Assembly: GCA_038087875.1 (NCBI GenBank)
Contig: CM075989.1
Location: 5,828,001-5,892,000 of the forward strand
Direction of reading: 5' to 3'
Length of the DNA stretch: 64,000 bases
DNA from: Malacoraja senta
Taxonomy: Eukaryota
The notes beneath the pieces are model-generated. The model was not told the origin of the DNA. It saw only the letters and a list, made by a program, of their open reading frames with translations, and did no database searches. Shown here piece by piece: positions 1 to 11,829 of this stretch (the stretch's first letter is position 1; every line of letters starts with the position of its first letter). The translations under genes and the position numbers were made by a program.

Positions 1-919
1 GTTACTCCAGCATTTTATGTCTATCTGTGGCATCCAATTGTCCAGCTTCAATGCTAAAACCATAGTCAAAATAGGTTAGGACTGGACACTACATTGAAGG
101 AGAACAGAAAGATAAGGATGGTGAAGGGTCTTGCGAGCATGATTTATGCCATTTCCAAACCCCAGAACCACTTGAAAATTTGTCACCAGCAACCTACTGG
201 AGTGTCCATGAGTCAATGATTGCTGGTTTCCACAAGTCCATGTTCTGTCTCAACAGACAGTATATCGAGCAAACTGCAAGTGCTCGTGCTTTGATGTTGC
301 ACTTAAGAGTCTGAATAAAACTAAATATTCCTTTCACCAGTTGACAGCAGTGTGATTCTAAAGTGAGTGAATTCAGTAGCACAGTGTGCACTAAAAATAG
401 CAGAAAGACCCACAATATATCTTGTATGCTTTACAACCGAGTAAAAAAATACCGCACTAACACATCACGTGGAAAGTGAATGGTAATTTGCAGTTCCTCA
501 CATAAATCTGCTTGCTCCAAAGCTATAAAACTTCCAATTAGTGATTCTTACAGTGCTCTCGTCTTTGCAAAAGCACGAAGTTGTTCTTTGCTCTTGAGGC
601 TTGTTGGTAAAGCTGAGCATTTGCTATTAACCATTCATGTGTACACTCGGCACCCCTGGACATCAACAATACTCATCAAAACAAACATCAAACAGAAAAA
701 TCTAATCAATGACTCAAAAGCTGGTGGTGGATTGAAAGCCATTTTGATTTGTAATTTTTGATTATAGGTACAATTTGTTCATTCCAGTGTAAACATATAG
801 TCCCTTTTATATTAAAACAATATTTGGATAGCACCTTTTTGGAATAGGAAGAGCAACGATCCATATTAATCAACCTTCTCCGAAGGTCTAAATCTTCATT
901 CACTTCAGTTGCTTTACTT

Positions 920-1207
920 TGGAGATACAGCGTGGAAATTGGCCCTTTGGCCCACCGAATCTGTGCCAATCAGTGATCAACCCCATACACTGGCACTATC
1001 CTACACACTGGGAACAAATTACAATTCACGGAAACCAATTAACCTGCAAATCTTTGGAGTGTGGGAGTAAACCACATCACCCGGAGAAAGCCCACGCGAT
1101 CGCGGGGAGAACGTACAAACTCTGTACAGACAGCACCTGTAGTCAGGATAGAACCCTGGTCCCTGCCGCTGGAAGGCAACAACTCCACTGCTGTGCCACC
1201 GTGCCAC
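920..1207 (-). mobile_element. HE1-like tRNA-derived V-SINE
   Basis: Minus strand begins GGTGGCACGGTGGCACAGCAGTGGAGTTGTTGCC with a B-box-like GGTTCTATCC. It then has the V-domain-like GTACGTTCTCCCC..GTGGG..CCCACACTCCAAAGA and the CR1-type tail GGGCCAAAGGGCC..CTGTATCTC. Confidence 0.85.
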
Positions 1208-1995
1208 CCCAATAAGAAGACAACTGAGTTTTTTCCTGCATATTGTCTCATCGTATTTTGATTTGAATGCTCTCGTATGCTGTCAAATTCTGGATTTTTT
1301 TTTTTTTAATAATTTAAATTTGTATTAAAGGCATCTGCATATCATAGTCCAAACCAATACAAACTTTGTTTAACGATTACATGTTAAATATCCAGGGTTC
1401 CGGGGACCCAGTTACCAAAGTAGCTGGGGTCCTCCTTTATCGGTTACATATTAACGTTGCCTCTAATTATTTATTTATGTTTATAGATAGGAAAAATAAA
1501 GAAATAAAAAGAAATTAGAAATATAAGATAAACTATCAATAATACAACTTAGGAGATAGGTCCGTAGGTCAGAGAACATAACTATTCATCTAGTCCTGGG
1601 TTCAGGTTTCAGTCAGGCCTCCGAAGCCCAATCTACCCCTTCATTTCTGGATTTAAGCTACAGGTATGTGATATAAAGCAACGCTTCAGAGGAAATAATC
1701 TATTTTTACTCTTACTAGCAACAAGTAAAGTGTTCTTCCATTTAATTACATGCCCTTGATCACGACAAACATTTGTCATCATTATTAGCAAATAAAGAAA
1801 TCTTGTTTGTTGCATGGACACCTCGATGCCATTAATAGAGCTTTGACAGATATCAAAATAGTATATTGGGAGGTTTATTTGGCCCTTTAGGGGATAAATA
1901 TTGTGTTACAGCAGCAATGTGTTTCATGATTCCTACTCGACAGATCGCCTTTTTTCAAACGATAAGAAAATAAGTCAGAGAGTTCCCCCTTATAT

Positions 1996-2482
1996 AAGAA
2001 GACACAAAGTGCTGGAGTAACTCAGCGGGTCAGGCAGCATCTCTGGAGAAAAGCAATAGGTGACATTTCTGGTCGAGACCCTTCTTCAGACTGAGAGTCA
2101 GGGCAGAGGGAAGCGGGTGATACCAAGAACAAATCAAAACCGGCTGGATAATTGAGGAAAGGTGGAGCCCACAATGGTCCATTGTTGGCTGTGGAGAAGG
2201 TGATTACAAGTGGATACAAACAGAAACTAAGCCGGACGACAGTGATGCCTCAGTTACTCCAGCATTTTGTGTATCTTTGGTGTAAACCAGCCTCTGCAGT
2301 TCCTTCCTACACATTCATAGGTGATATTTTGGGTTGGAACCTTTTTATTCGGACTGAAGAAGGGTCCTAACTTCAAACGTTGCCTATCCATGTCATCCAG
2401 GGATTTTGCCTGACCCTCTGAGTTACTCCTGTACTTTGACTCCTTTTGTAAACCAGCATCTGTAATTCCTTGTTTCTATACT
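1996..2482. mobile_element. Cluster of Penelope-like pseudo-LTR fragments in both orientations
   Basis: Contains GACACAAAGTGCTGGAGTAACTCAGCGGG..GCAGCATCTCTGGAG..GACCCTTCTTCAGAC and its reverse complement, the same unit that ends the GIY-YIG fragments at 16.1 and 46.3 kb. Confidence 0.75.
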
Positions 2483-2729
2483 CCCTCATTTATAGAATGG
2501 GGAATTGGAATGAGCAAAAGCTATTTATAGAACAGACATATTTTTCCTGGTGGCAATGGTAGGATTAGAGCAAAACGTTAACAATTTAATGGGTTTAAAC
2601 CTGTGTTTCTCAGATTGGAAAGAAAATTTGGTGCTGTAGTTCACCTTCATTTCCTCATCTCAGTCTCTCGGCATGGCTTTCCACTTACCTGAAGATTGAA
2701 ACTCCCAGCACAATTGGTGAAGGTGATAT

Positions 2730-2925
2730 ACTCCAGGCACCTTCCCCTGCAACCGCAGGAGATGCGACACCTGTCTCTATACCTTCGCACTCAACTCTGT
2801 CCAGGTACCCCGACAGTCCTTTCAGGTGAGGCACAGATTTACTTGCGCCTCCTCCAACCTCATCTACTGTATCCGCTGTACCAGATGTGGATACACCTGT
2901 ATATCGACGAGACCAAGCGCAGGCT
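2730..2925 (+). mobile_element. Penelope-like GIY-YIG remnant
   Basis: DNA is similar to 16350-16530 (CCTCCAACCTCATCTACTGTATCCGCTG..TATATCGACGAGACCAAGCG). It translates partly as LYIDETKR. Confidence 0.7.
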
Positions 2926-2929
2926 GGAG

Positions 2930-3660
2930 TGTGGCAGCGCCTAACGGCAGCGGCTCGACTGCTGTCCGTCTGTCGTTTTTTAAATTTTTGTCCCATTAGA
3001 TGTATGTTTTTTGGTTTTAATTTTTATTATTTTTTAGCTGTGTATATTGGGGGGGGGGGGGGGGATTGTTTAATCCCTTCCCTGTACGGGGACCCGACTT
3101 TTTCCCTGTCGGGTCTCCGGTGTCATTGGGCCTAACATCGTGGAGCCGGCGGCGGCCTCCAACCAGAGCCAACCTGAGGGCTCCAGTCGTGGAGCCTGCG
3201 GACTCGCCATCGCGGAGCTGGCCGACTTCGGAGCGGGGAGAGCTGTGGTGGCGCGCGGCTGCAACCCGACTTCGGAGCTTCGGAGGCTCTGGCCGCAGGT
3301 CCGGTGGACAGGAACATCGGGAGCTCGCAGGTCCCTGGTGGGAGACCGCTTTTCAGAGAACCCGCAACGGCAACTTCTCCCGCCGGAATCGTGGGGTTTA
3401 AAGGACTCGGAGCGGGGCCTAACATCGCCCGGCGCGGCTTAAACGGCCGCGGGACTTACCATCACCCGCCGGGGGCTTTAACATCGGGAGCCCCAGTCGC
3501 CTCGACGCTGCAGTTGGACTGCTGGATCGTGGGAGAAAAACAAAGGGAAGAGATAAGACTTTTACCTTCCATCACAGTGAGGAGGTGTTGGAGATTCACT
3601 GTGATGGATGTTTGTGTAAATTGTGTTAAGTGTGGATCTTGTTTTTTTTTGTAATGTCAT
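2930..3660 (+). mobile_element. GC/CpG-rich unclassified interspersed repeat interrupting the Penelope remnant
   Basis: Has internal repeats (GCCTAACATCG, ACTTCGGAGC). Its 3' part (AAGACTT..CCATCACAGTGA..TCACTGTGATGGATGTTT) recurs inverted at about 49430-49500. Confidence 0.5.
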
Positions 3661-4101
3661 GAATGCAGTTTTTATGTCTGGCTGTGGTGGCTTTGACAAA
3701 GTAGTCTCTCGTTTCCCTTTCCCCTACCTCTGAGTCGGAAGAAAGGGTCTCGACCTGACACGTCACCTATTCCTTTTCTGCAGAGATGCTGCCTGCCTGC
3801 CTACTCCAGCTTTTTGTGTCTATCTACGATATTCCCTCCATTGTTCTGATGCAAAATATTCCAGTCCCAACTTGCTGCAACCACACCACCTATCGGAAGG
3901 ATTATTCTACGATTGCCATTGCTCATACTCTCGGCTGACAACATTTCCATGAACAAGAAAGAAAAGATGAATGAAAAGGTTTGCCGATGCAGTCCAATGA
4001 GTCTGGAAGAGTGAGTTCTGAAAAGTATTTAATTTCAAGATGGAGTTAAACAGGATACTCGGGGTTTTTTTAATCGTGAAGAGACTTGAATTGTTACCGT
4101 G

Positions 4102-4595
4102 AAGGAAATAACTGCAGATGCTGGTTTAAACCGAAGATAGACACAAAATGCTGGATAACTCAGCGGGACAGGCAGCATCTCTGGAGAGAAGGAATGGGTG
4201 ACATTTCAGGTTGAGACCCTTCTTCAGACTGGTTAGGTATAAGGGAAAATAGATGATGATGTGGAGAGATAAAGAACAATGAATGAAAGATATGCAAAAA
4301 AGTAATGATGATAAAGAAAACAGGCCATTGTTGGCTGTTTGTCGGGTGAAAACGAGAAGCTAGTGCGACTTGGGTGGGGGAGGGATAGAGGGAGAGGGAA
4401 TGCCGGGGCTATATTCATGCCACTGGGCTGTAAGCTGCTCAAACGAAATATGAGATGCTGTTCCTCCAATTTGCGTTTAGCCTCACTCTGACAATGGAGG
4501 AGACCTAGGACAGAAAGTTCTGTGTGGGAATGGGAAGGAGAATTAAAGTGTTTAGCAACCGGGAGATCAGGTAGATTCAGGCAGACTGAGCGTAC
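4102..4595 (-). mobile_element. Penelope-like element 3' end (endonuclease C-terminus plus pseudo-LTR)
   Basis: Translates as EEQHLIFRLSSLQPSGMNI, followed by the LTR unit containing CTGAAGAAGGGTCTCAACCTGAAATGTC. Confidence 0.8.
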
Positions 4596-4835
4596 TGCTC
4601 AGAAGGAACTAACCTAACTGATGACTGATATGAAGATCATCATGGTTAAACCACGTATCCCTTCAAAATCAGTGGTTAGTGGTGCACCATTTAAATGCAG
4701 CCCTAAACGACATTGAAATCGCATTTTGTTTTGAAATTATAACTTTGATTAATGGAGTGCAAGATAGTTGGGTTGCCAACAAATGGTCCTGCTGATACCT
4801 GACTAGTTTACATGGGTATGGTGCATTGAGATTAA

Positions 4836-5150
4836 TTTAGAGATGCGGTGTGGAACAGGCCCTTCGGCCCACCAAGTTCACGCCGTCCATTGATTACCTG
4901 TGCACTAGTTCTACTGTATGTTGTCCCACTTACACATCCCACACACGAGGGGCAATTTACAGAGGCCAATTAACCTACAAACCTGCGCGTCTTTGGAATG
5001 TGGGAGAAAACTGGACCACCTGGAAAAAAAAACATGCAGTCACAGGGAGAACGTACAAACTCCGCACAGACAGCAACCATAGTCAGGATTTAGCCCGGGT
5101 CTCTGGTGCTGTGAGGCAGCAGCTCCACCGCTGCCCCACGGTGTCACCCT
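4836..5150 (-). mobile_element. HE1-like V-SINE
   Basis: Same tRNA head, V-domain and tail as other copies. Confidence 0.75.
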
Positions 5151-6471
5151 CAGGTCTCAGCTTCACAAGGTGACCCATCAATGGAGACCTTTTTTTCAGA
5201 TCAGGTTATTCTCAGGTTTACACATTTTTTTTATTTTGGTTTTATTTTTTTAATCTAAATCTGAAAGTGTTTACCTGTTCCCTTGGGTGAACTAGATTTG
5301 TAGTCCAGTGACTAATCCAAAAGGAGGATTAACATGTATTTACCATGGACAAGTTGTAGATGCCAGGGAGTTGCAGGAAGATGCCTTGCAATATTATCTA
5401 CAAAATATATCTTGCAACATATCACTAAACAGGAGATGCTGGCAGCCTTAAAGTGCATAACGCTGGATAAATCCCCAGGAGATGACCTGGTGTATCCTGG
5501 TGTGGGAAGCCAGAGAAGAAATCATTAGGACACTAGCAGAGATATTTACGTATATCAGCATCAGCCATGGATGAGACTGGAGACTTCATCAGAAGACTGC
5601 AGCATGTCTACATGGACTTTCTTCTCGACCCTTAACAAAGTGAAGCATTGTAGGCAGTCTGGAAGGGTTAGTTCGCACAGGATCCAGGGCAAACTTGCCA
5701 ACTGGATACAATATTGAAGATTGACACATAAAGCCGGAGTAACACTCTGCAGGTCAGGCAGAATCTCTGGAGAAAAGGAATAGATGACGTTTTGGGTCAA
5801 GGCCCTTCTTCAGACTGAGAGTCAGGGGAAAGGGAAACAATATTGGCTTGGTGGGACAAGTCAAAGGATGGTAACATCCTCTCTCAGTAGTCATAAAATC
5901 TCTTTTGCCTTCCTTTATTTTTTCTCCCCCCCTTCCCCTTTCCCTGCAATTAAAAACATCACCTATCTCGAGCATTACCAGTGCTAATGTAAGTTTGACC
6001 CAAGACGTTGCTTTTGTCCTGGTCGTCACAGAGAATGTCTGGCCTGCTGAGTATTTCCAATATCTTCCGTTAGTTCAGATTTCCAGCAGATTCAGTATTT
6101 GCGTTCAATATTGTTCAGTCATGCACACTTAATCTTTTCTTTTCGTACCCATCTCCAATAATGGAGGGCAGCACCACTCTCCTTTCCTGTAGACAATTAT
6201 TTCGCTTACTTGATACGACCATTTAAATAAAATTATGGTAATCTGCTAAATATCAATGTAGAAAGTTGACTGGAATATTAAGTGGGACCAGCAACATGCC
6301 ATTATTTTGTAAAGGGATAAGGGATATAATTTCAGAGGATTTTTCAGATAATAGCCCAAAGCAATGGCACTTTATTGGAGAAGAGGCAGCTGAAATGATT
6401 TTAATAGCATACGTTCAGAATATTGATCCAAGGAACATCAATGTGCTTACCACATGCTGTTATTTATCTTG

Positions 6472-6679
6472 AAGATAGACACAAAATGCTGAGGTAACTC
6501 AGCGGGACAGGCAGCATCTCTGGAGAGAAGGAATGGGTGATGTTTCGGGTCGGGACGCTTCTTCAGACCTGTAACGTCACCCATTCCTTCTCTCCAGGGA
6601 TGCTGCCTGTCCCGCTGAGTTCCTAAAGCATTTTGTGTCTACCTTCGATTTAAACCAGCATCTGCAGTTCTTTCCTACA
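6472..6679. mobile_element. Foldback Penelope pseudo-LTR mini-element with 13-bp TSD
   Basis: Arms at about 6472-6544 and 6573-6646 are reverse complements. Flanks are GTTATTTATCTTG (6459-6471) and GTAATTTATCTTG (6680-6692). Confidence 0.8.
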
Positions 6680-8231
6680 GTAATTTATCTTGCCTTGTTT
6701 AAAATGAGATGAAATGAAATAACATTAGATAGGTTATGGCAACATTCACTGTTCCTTTATGAATCAAGAGTCTCAAGAGACATCTCTCTGGCCATTGTCT
6801 GTTTTTTTTATTGCCTACTCTTAATTATCTAAATGCCCTCTCTGGCTATCATCTGTGCCCACATCTTCTGGAATATTACTAATATTGCAGTCAGATGCAC
6901 AGTGAAAAATTTGAAACTGATGGTTGGAACATCCTCCCAATCGGCAGATAAAATATTTTTTGGCTTGTGTGCGCATTCGGAACTGTTTATGGTCGACTAG
7001 AACAGCCGGCAGTAATCCCTCAAGTGGTGACATCCCATAATTAGTGGCAATAGTGCGGCTTTGCGGTACTTTTGAGATTAAGAACAGAACCTGAGGCAAT
7101 GTTACATTGCTCTCAAGTATGCAGTAGACTGACTTAAATTGGCTGTATTATTGAGTCAGTCTCCTGCTGTCTATCTCAGCAAATGCTATCGTAAAAAGTC
7201 CCTCTAACTATTCTATAGACAGTTAGGTTTAGCTCGTAGAGCTAACAGCATCAAGGGATATGGGGAGAAAGCAGAAATAGGGTACTGACTTTGGATGATC
7301 GGCCATGATCATATTGAATGGCGGTGCTGGCTCATAGGGCTGAATGGCCTACTCCTGCACCTATTTTCTATTCTATTTTCTATTCTCCCCTTAAAATGGT
7401 TGTGGTTTCAGGATATTCAATGATTAGATTAGGGTGAAGGGGAAAAGATTTAATAGGAATCTGAGGGGGTAACCTTTTCGCACAAAGAGTGGTAGGTGTA
7501 TGGAAAAAGCTGCCTTTCAAGAAACAGTTCGACAAGTACATGATAGGATAGGTTTGGAGGGATATGGACCAAATGCGGGCAGGTGGGACTAGTGTAGCTG
7601 GGACAAGTGGGCCGGTGCGGGCATTGGGCCGAATGGCCTCTTTTCCCATTGTATCACTCTATGACTATGATTCAATGCAATTATAAGCCGACAAAGTTAC
7701 AAAGGTTCACCGAAAATTCCTATTCCGTCACACGTGGCAGCAAGCCCCCTCATTCGTTCTATTATACCCCTGTTATTGAATTCAGGAACAGCTTCTTCCC
7801 AGCTGTTATCGGGCAACTGAACCATCCTCTCACCAAGGAGAGAGCGGGCCTGACTTCCCATCTACTTCACAGGAGACCCTCGGACTATCTTTAATCAGCA
7901 TTACTGGACTTTATCTTGCCCTAAATGTTATCCCCTTCATCCTGTATCTGTACACTATGGATGGCTTGATTGTAATCAGATATAGTCTTTCTGCTGACCG
8001 GATAACACGTGACAAAAAAGCTTTTCACTGTACCTTGGTAAACATGACAATAAACTAATCCAACTAAAAAAACGTCTTTATGAAAAGACTGATTGGAATA
8101 CAGACTAGTTAGGCTGAATAACGTAGATAATTTTATAGGGAGGTGTGTGTCGGGTTATAATTTACATTCAACGAGGAGCTGCTCATGATTATAGTTGCCG
8201 TAGAATAGATCTACAGAAAAACTATGCGCTT

Positions 8232-8432
8232 AAGTTTAGTTTAGAGATACAGCGCGAAAACAGGCCCTACGGCCCACGAGTCCGCGCCGACCAGCGATCC
8301 CCACACATTAACACTATCCTAAACACAGTAGGGATAGCTTACAAAAGCACCAAGCCAATTAACCTACAAACCTGTACGTCTTTGGAGTGTGGGAGGAGAC
8401 CGAAGATCTCGGAGAAAACTCACGCGGTCACA
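8232..8432 (-). mobile_element. HE1-like V-SINE, 3' half
   Basis: Tail TTTAGTTTAGAGATACAGCGCG and V-domain on the + strand; truncated by the adjacent CR1. Confidence 0.75.
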
Positions 8433-8434
8433 TA

Positions 8435-8870
8435 ACTCTCTGTGAGAAAAAGTGTTTCCTCGTCTCCGTTCTAAATGACACCCCTTATTCTTAAACTGTG
8501 GCCCCTGGTTCTGGACTCCCCCAACATCGGGAACATGTTTCCTGCCTCTAGCGTGTCCAATCCCTTAACAATCTTATATGTTTCAATGAGAGTCCCTCTC
8601 ATCCTTCTAAACTCCAGAGCGTACAAGCCCAGCTGCTCCATTCTCTCAGCATATGACAGTCCCGCCAACCCGGGAATTAACCTTGTAAACCTACGCTGCA
8701 CTCCCTCAATAGCAAGAATGTCCTTCCTCAAATTAGGGGACTAAAACTGCACACAATACTCCAGGTGTGGTCTCACTAGGGCCCTATACAACTGCAGAAG
8801 GACCTCTTTGCTCCTATACTCAACTCGTCTTGTTATGAAGGCCAACATGCCATTCACTTTCTTCACTGCC
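8435..8870 (-). mobile_element. CR1 (HER1-like) LINE ORF2 C-terminal fragment
   Basis: Translates as RKDILAIEGVQRRFTRLIPG..LEFRRMRG.LIETYKI..RTRGHSLRI. Confidence 0.9.
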
Positions 8871-9127
8871 TTATGAACTGAAGATAAGAGGACAGCTCAG
8901 TCTTACCACTTTTTCTATTTGGAAACATTCATATGAGTCAGGAGCTTTACCCCATCTCTTCCAGAAAAAAAAGATAAATTGTTTAAATTTATAGGGACAC
9001 TTATGTAATGCTTAGTCTGTGACTACAAAAAAAGCTATTAATTTACAACTTGTGTGTTCTGTCTCATTTTTAGAACCATCTAGAATTATTACAGTCACTA
9101 TTTTGAAATCGGGTGTTCTAATTAAAT

Positions 9128-9800
9128 TAAGAGTCAAGAGTGTTTTATTGTCATATGTCCCAGACAGAATAATGGAATTCTTACTTGCAGTAGCACAATA
9201 GAATATGTAAGCATAGTACTCTGTAAACGATATAATGAACGAGAAAAAAAGTCCTGTGTATATATATATATATATATATATTTTCATATATACACATCTT
9301 CTTCTTTGTCCATCTTCGTGTCCATTTTCCATGTTTCAAATGTTGACCTTGTCATCGTCCGTTCTGAAATGGACGCAAGCTTCCGGCGACAATCAGTGGG
9401 AGCCGTCACTTGTTGCAATAGATGATGGTGGGAGCAGAATGAGCTGGGGACACTTCCAGTTTCCAGCCCCGAGATGTGAATGCTTCTGCTATGGGGCCAT
9501 ACATACACATAAAAATAAACTAATAATAATGGTGCACAAAGACAAAAAACAATGCCCCCAAGTCTACGTAGTGCAGAGCTTATTTGGAGGTTGCAGTGTT
9601 TAACAGCCTAATGGCTGTGGGGAAGTAGCTGTTCCTGAACCAGGACATTACAGTTTTTAGGCTCCTATATCTTCTTCCCGATGGCAGGAGTGAAATGAGA
9701 GCGTGGCCAGGGTGGTGTGGGTCTCTGATGATGCTGGCTGCCTTTTTGAGGCAGCGACTCCTGTAAATCCCGTTGATGGTGGGGAGGTCGGAGCCCGTGA
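9128..9800 (-). mobile_element. Rex1/Babar-type LINE 3' remnant, interrupted at about 9258-9500 by (TA)n and an unrelated segment
   Basis: Tail TTTATTGTCATATGTCCCAG..GAATTCTTACTTGC and AGCTGTTCCTGAACC..GCTGCCTTTTTGAGGCAGCGAC match the reverse complement of 29350-29700. Confidence 0.7.
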
Positions 9801-10097
9801 TGGACCGGGTTTTGTTCCTACATAAAATTGCAGGGCCACGGAAACACGAGGAGAGGGAATGTGGGTGGTGAGGCTCCTGTACTGCGAACTTGCATGCGTC
9901 TGATGGGCTGAATGGCCTCTGCTATCAGAGTAAGGAAGGTAGGGCCTCGGTGATTCAATGCCATTGCATCGGAAGCAAGTCAAATGCCATTCAAGGAGCA
10001 GCTGAAGAAACATTGACAACCGGTTAAGCCATCCTCAACAGGCTGTCAAACACAATGAACACAGTCCAGTGCCACTGGTATTCTGAAACATCTATAT

Positions 10098-10382
10098 TTG
10101 AGATACAGCGCGAAACAGCCCCCTTGGCTCATCGAGACCGCGCAGACCAGCGAACCCCGCACATTGATGCTATCCTGCACACATTAGGGACAATTTGCAA
10201 TTATACCAAGCTAATTAACCCATCAACCTGTACGTCTTTGGAGTGTGGGAGGAAACCAAAGATCCCGGAGAAAAAACACGCAAGTCACGGGGAGAACTTG
10301 CAAACTCCGTACAGACAGCACCAGTAGTCAGGATTGAACAGGGTCTCTGGCGCTGTAAGGCGCTGCACCACCGTGCTGCCCT
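10098..10382 (-). mobile_element. HE1-like V-SINE
   Basis: Head, V-domain and tail motifs present. Confidence 0.8.
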
Positions 10383-10674
10383 ATCTGTCATATCTGTTAA
10401 ATAATTAAATCTAATTTAGAAAAATATCAACATACCTGGAACACAAGATGATTTAAATAAAACCAATTACTTCAGGAAAACTGAATGACAATGATGGCTT
10501 TGATCCTTTGTAGTTACACCTCTCATTTTATATGAATGGAATTGTTATTCCTGTCACAGGTTCAGCTGGAGAACTGCTGTGTTTCCTTGTAAAATCGCAC
10601 CAGGAGCCTGACACCAGAGTGCAGTCATGTAAATCACGAGCCAAGTGTAGTCAGCAAGCTGAGGGCTTCAGTTT

Positions 10675-10966
10675 CAGTTTAGTTTTAAAGATACAGAGCG
10701 GAAACAGGCCCTTCCGCCCACTGAGTCTGCACTGACCAGCGATCACCCCGTACATTAAAATTATCCGACACCTTTACCAAAGCTAATTAACCTACGAACC
10801 TGTACGTCTTTAGAGTGTGGGAGGAAACCGGAGCACCTGGTGGAAACCCACGCAGTCACAGGGAGAACGTACAAACTCCATACGGACAGCACCCGCAGTC
10901 AGGATCGAACCCAGGGTCTCTGGCGCTGTAAGGCAGCAACTCTACCGCTGCGCCACCGTGCCGCCC
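10675..10966 (-). mobile_element. HE1-like V-SINE (full length)
   Basis: Minus strand begins GGGCGGCACGGTGGCGCAGCGGTAGAGTTGCTGCCTTACAGCGCCAGAGACCCTGGGTTCGATCC, with tRNA-like A and B boxes. Confidence 0.9.
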
Positions 10967-11002
10967 ATGTGTATGACTTGTGTAATCGCATGGCATGACT
11001 AA

Positions 11003-11209
11003 CGGGCCTGTCCCATTTTGGCGTCATTTGCGCATCATTTACGGGTCACGACACACGACGCGCGCATGGTGTGCAATACGCGTGCATGGTGCGTGGTGAC
11101 ATAGGTAGTGATGCGTGGTTGCGCGCGGCGCCCCAGGATTTTGGGATGTACAAAATTTTCGCGCGCCATCTGCGTGATGCGCAAATGACGCCCAAGTGGG
11201 ACCGGCCCT
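11003..11209. mobile_element. PIF/Harbinger-type MITE, family A
   Basis: TIRs CGGGCCTGTCCCA.. and ..TGGGACCGGCCCT with TAA on both sides (11000-02, 11210-12). Homologous to the copies at 24047 and 51705. Confidence 0.85.
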
Positions 11210-11496
11210 TAAGCTTTCTGGCATTTAATGGGATAATATGCTCTCAGCCACTGTGAGGTTGAATCGGTTCATTTGCTTCTTATGGCAATGAGAAGGGAGA
11301 GACTCCCTGCTGTTGAAATTATGCCTTGAGATATTCATCCAACTGAACCACGAAAATAAAAACAAAAGCTGCTGGAGGGTAATCCGCAGGTGTGTGGGAG
11401 GCAGATTGGTTACGGCTAAGTTACTCTGCTGATGTGGAAGTGTCAACAACAATCCCTCAATTTGCTGAATGTATAACATATATCATTCCTTTTATA

Positions 11497-11530
11497 GTCT
11501 GAAGAAGGGTCTCGACCCGAAACGTCACCG
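11497..11530 (+). ncRNA. Minimal hammerhead-ribozyme-like motif in a Penelope pseudo-LTR
   Basis: CTGAAGA (11499-505), extra A, stem II GGGTC-TC-GACCC, GAAA (11519-22), CGTC. This matches the CUGANGA..GAAA..UH core, but stem I is very short. Confidence 0.65.
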
Positions 11531-11786
11531 ATTCCTTCGCTCCATAGATGCTGCCTCACCGGCTGAGTTTCTCCAGCATTTTTGTCTACCTCCGATTTTT
11601 CCAGCATCTGCAGTTCTTTCTTAAACATCATGGCTTTTATTAAGGCATGGATTCATACAGCATGGAAACTAACCTTTCAGCCCAATTCATCGATGTCGAC
11701 CAATATGCCCCATCTGAGCTAGATAGGCGCAAAATGCTGGAGTAACTCAGCGGGAAAGGCAGCATCTCTGGAAAGAAGGAATGGAT

Positions 11787-11814
11787 GACGTTTCGGGTCG
11801 AGACCCTTCTTCAG
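11787..11814 (-). ncRNA. Minimal hammerhead-like motif in a Penelope pseudo-LTR
   Basis: Minus strand reads CTGAAGAAGGGTCTCGACCCGAAACGTC, identical to the copy at 11499. Confidence 0.65.
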
Positions 11815-11829
11815 ACTTTAACCCAGGCC

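Noticed and set aside
10900..10966. tRNA gene-like A/B boxes
   Set aside because: They are SINE heads followed by a V-domain and CR1-type tail, not tRNA genes.
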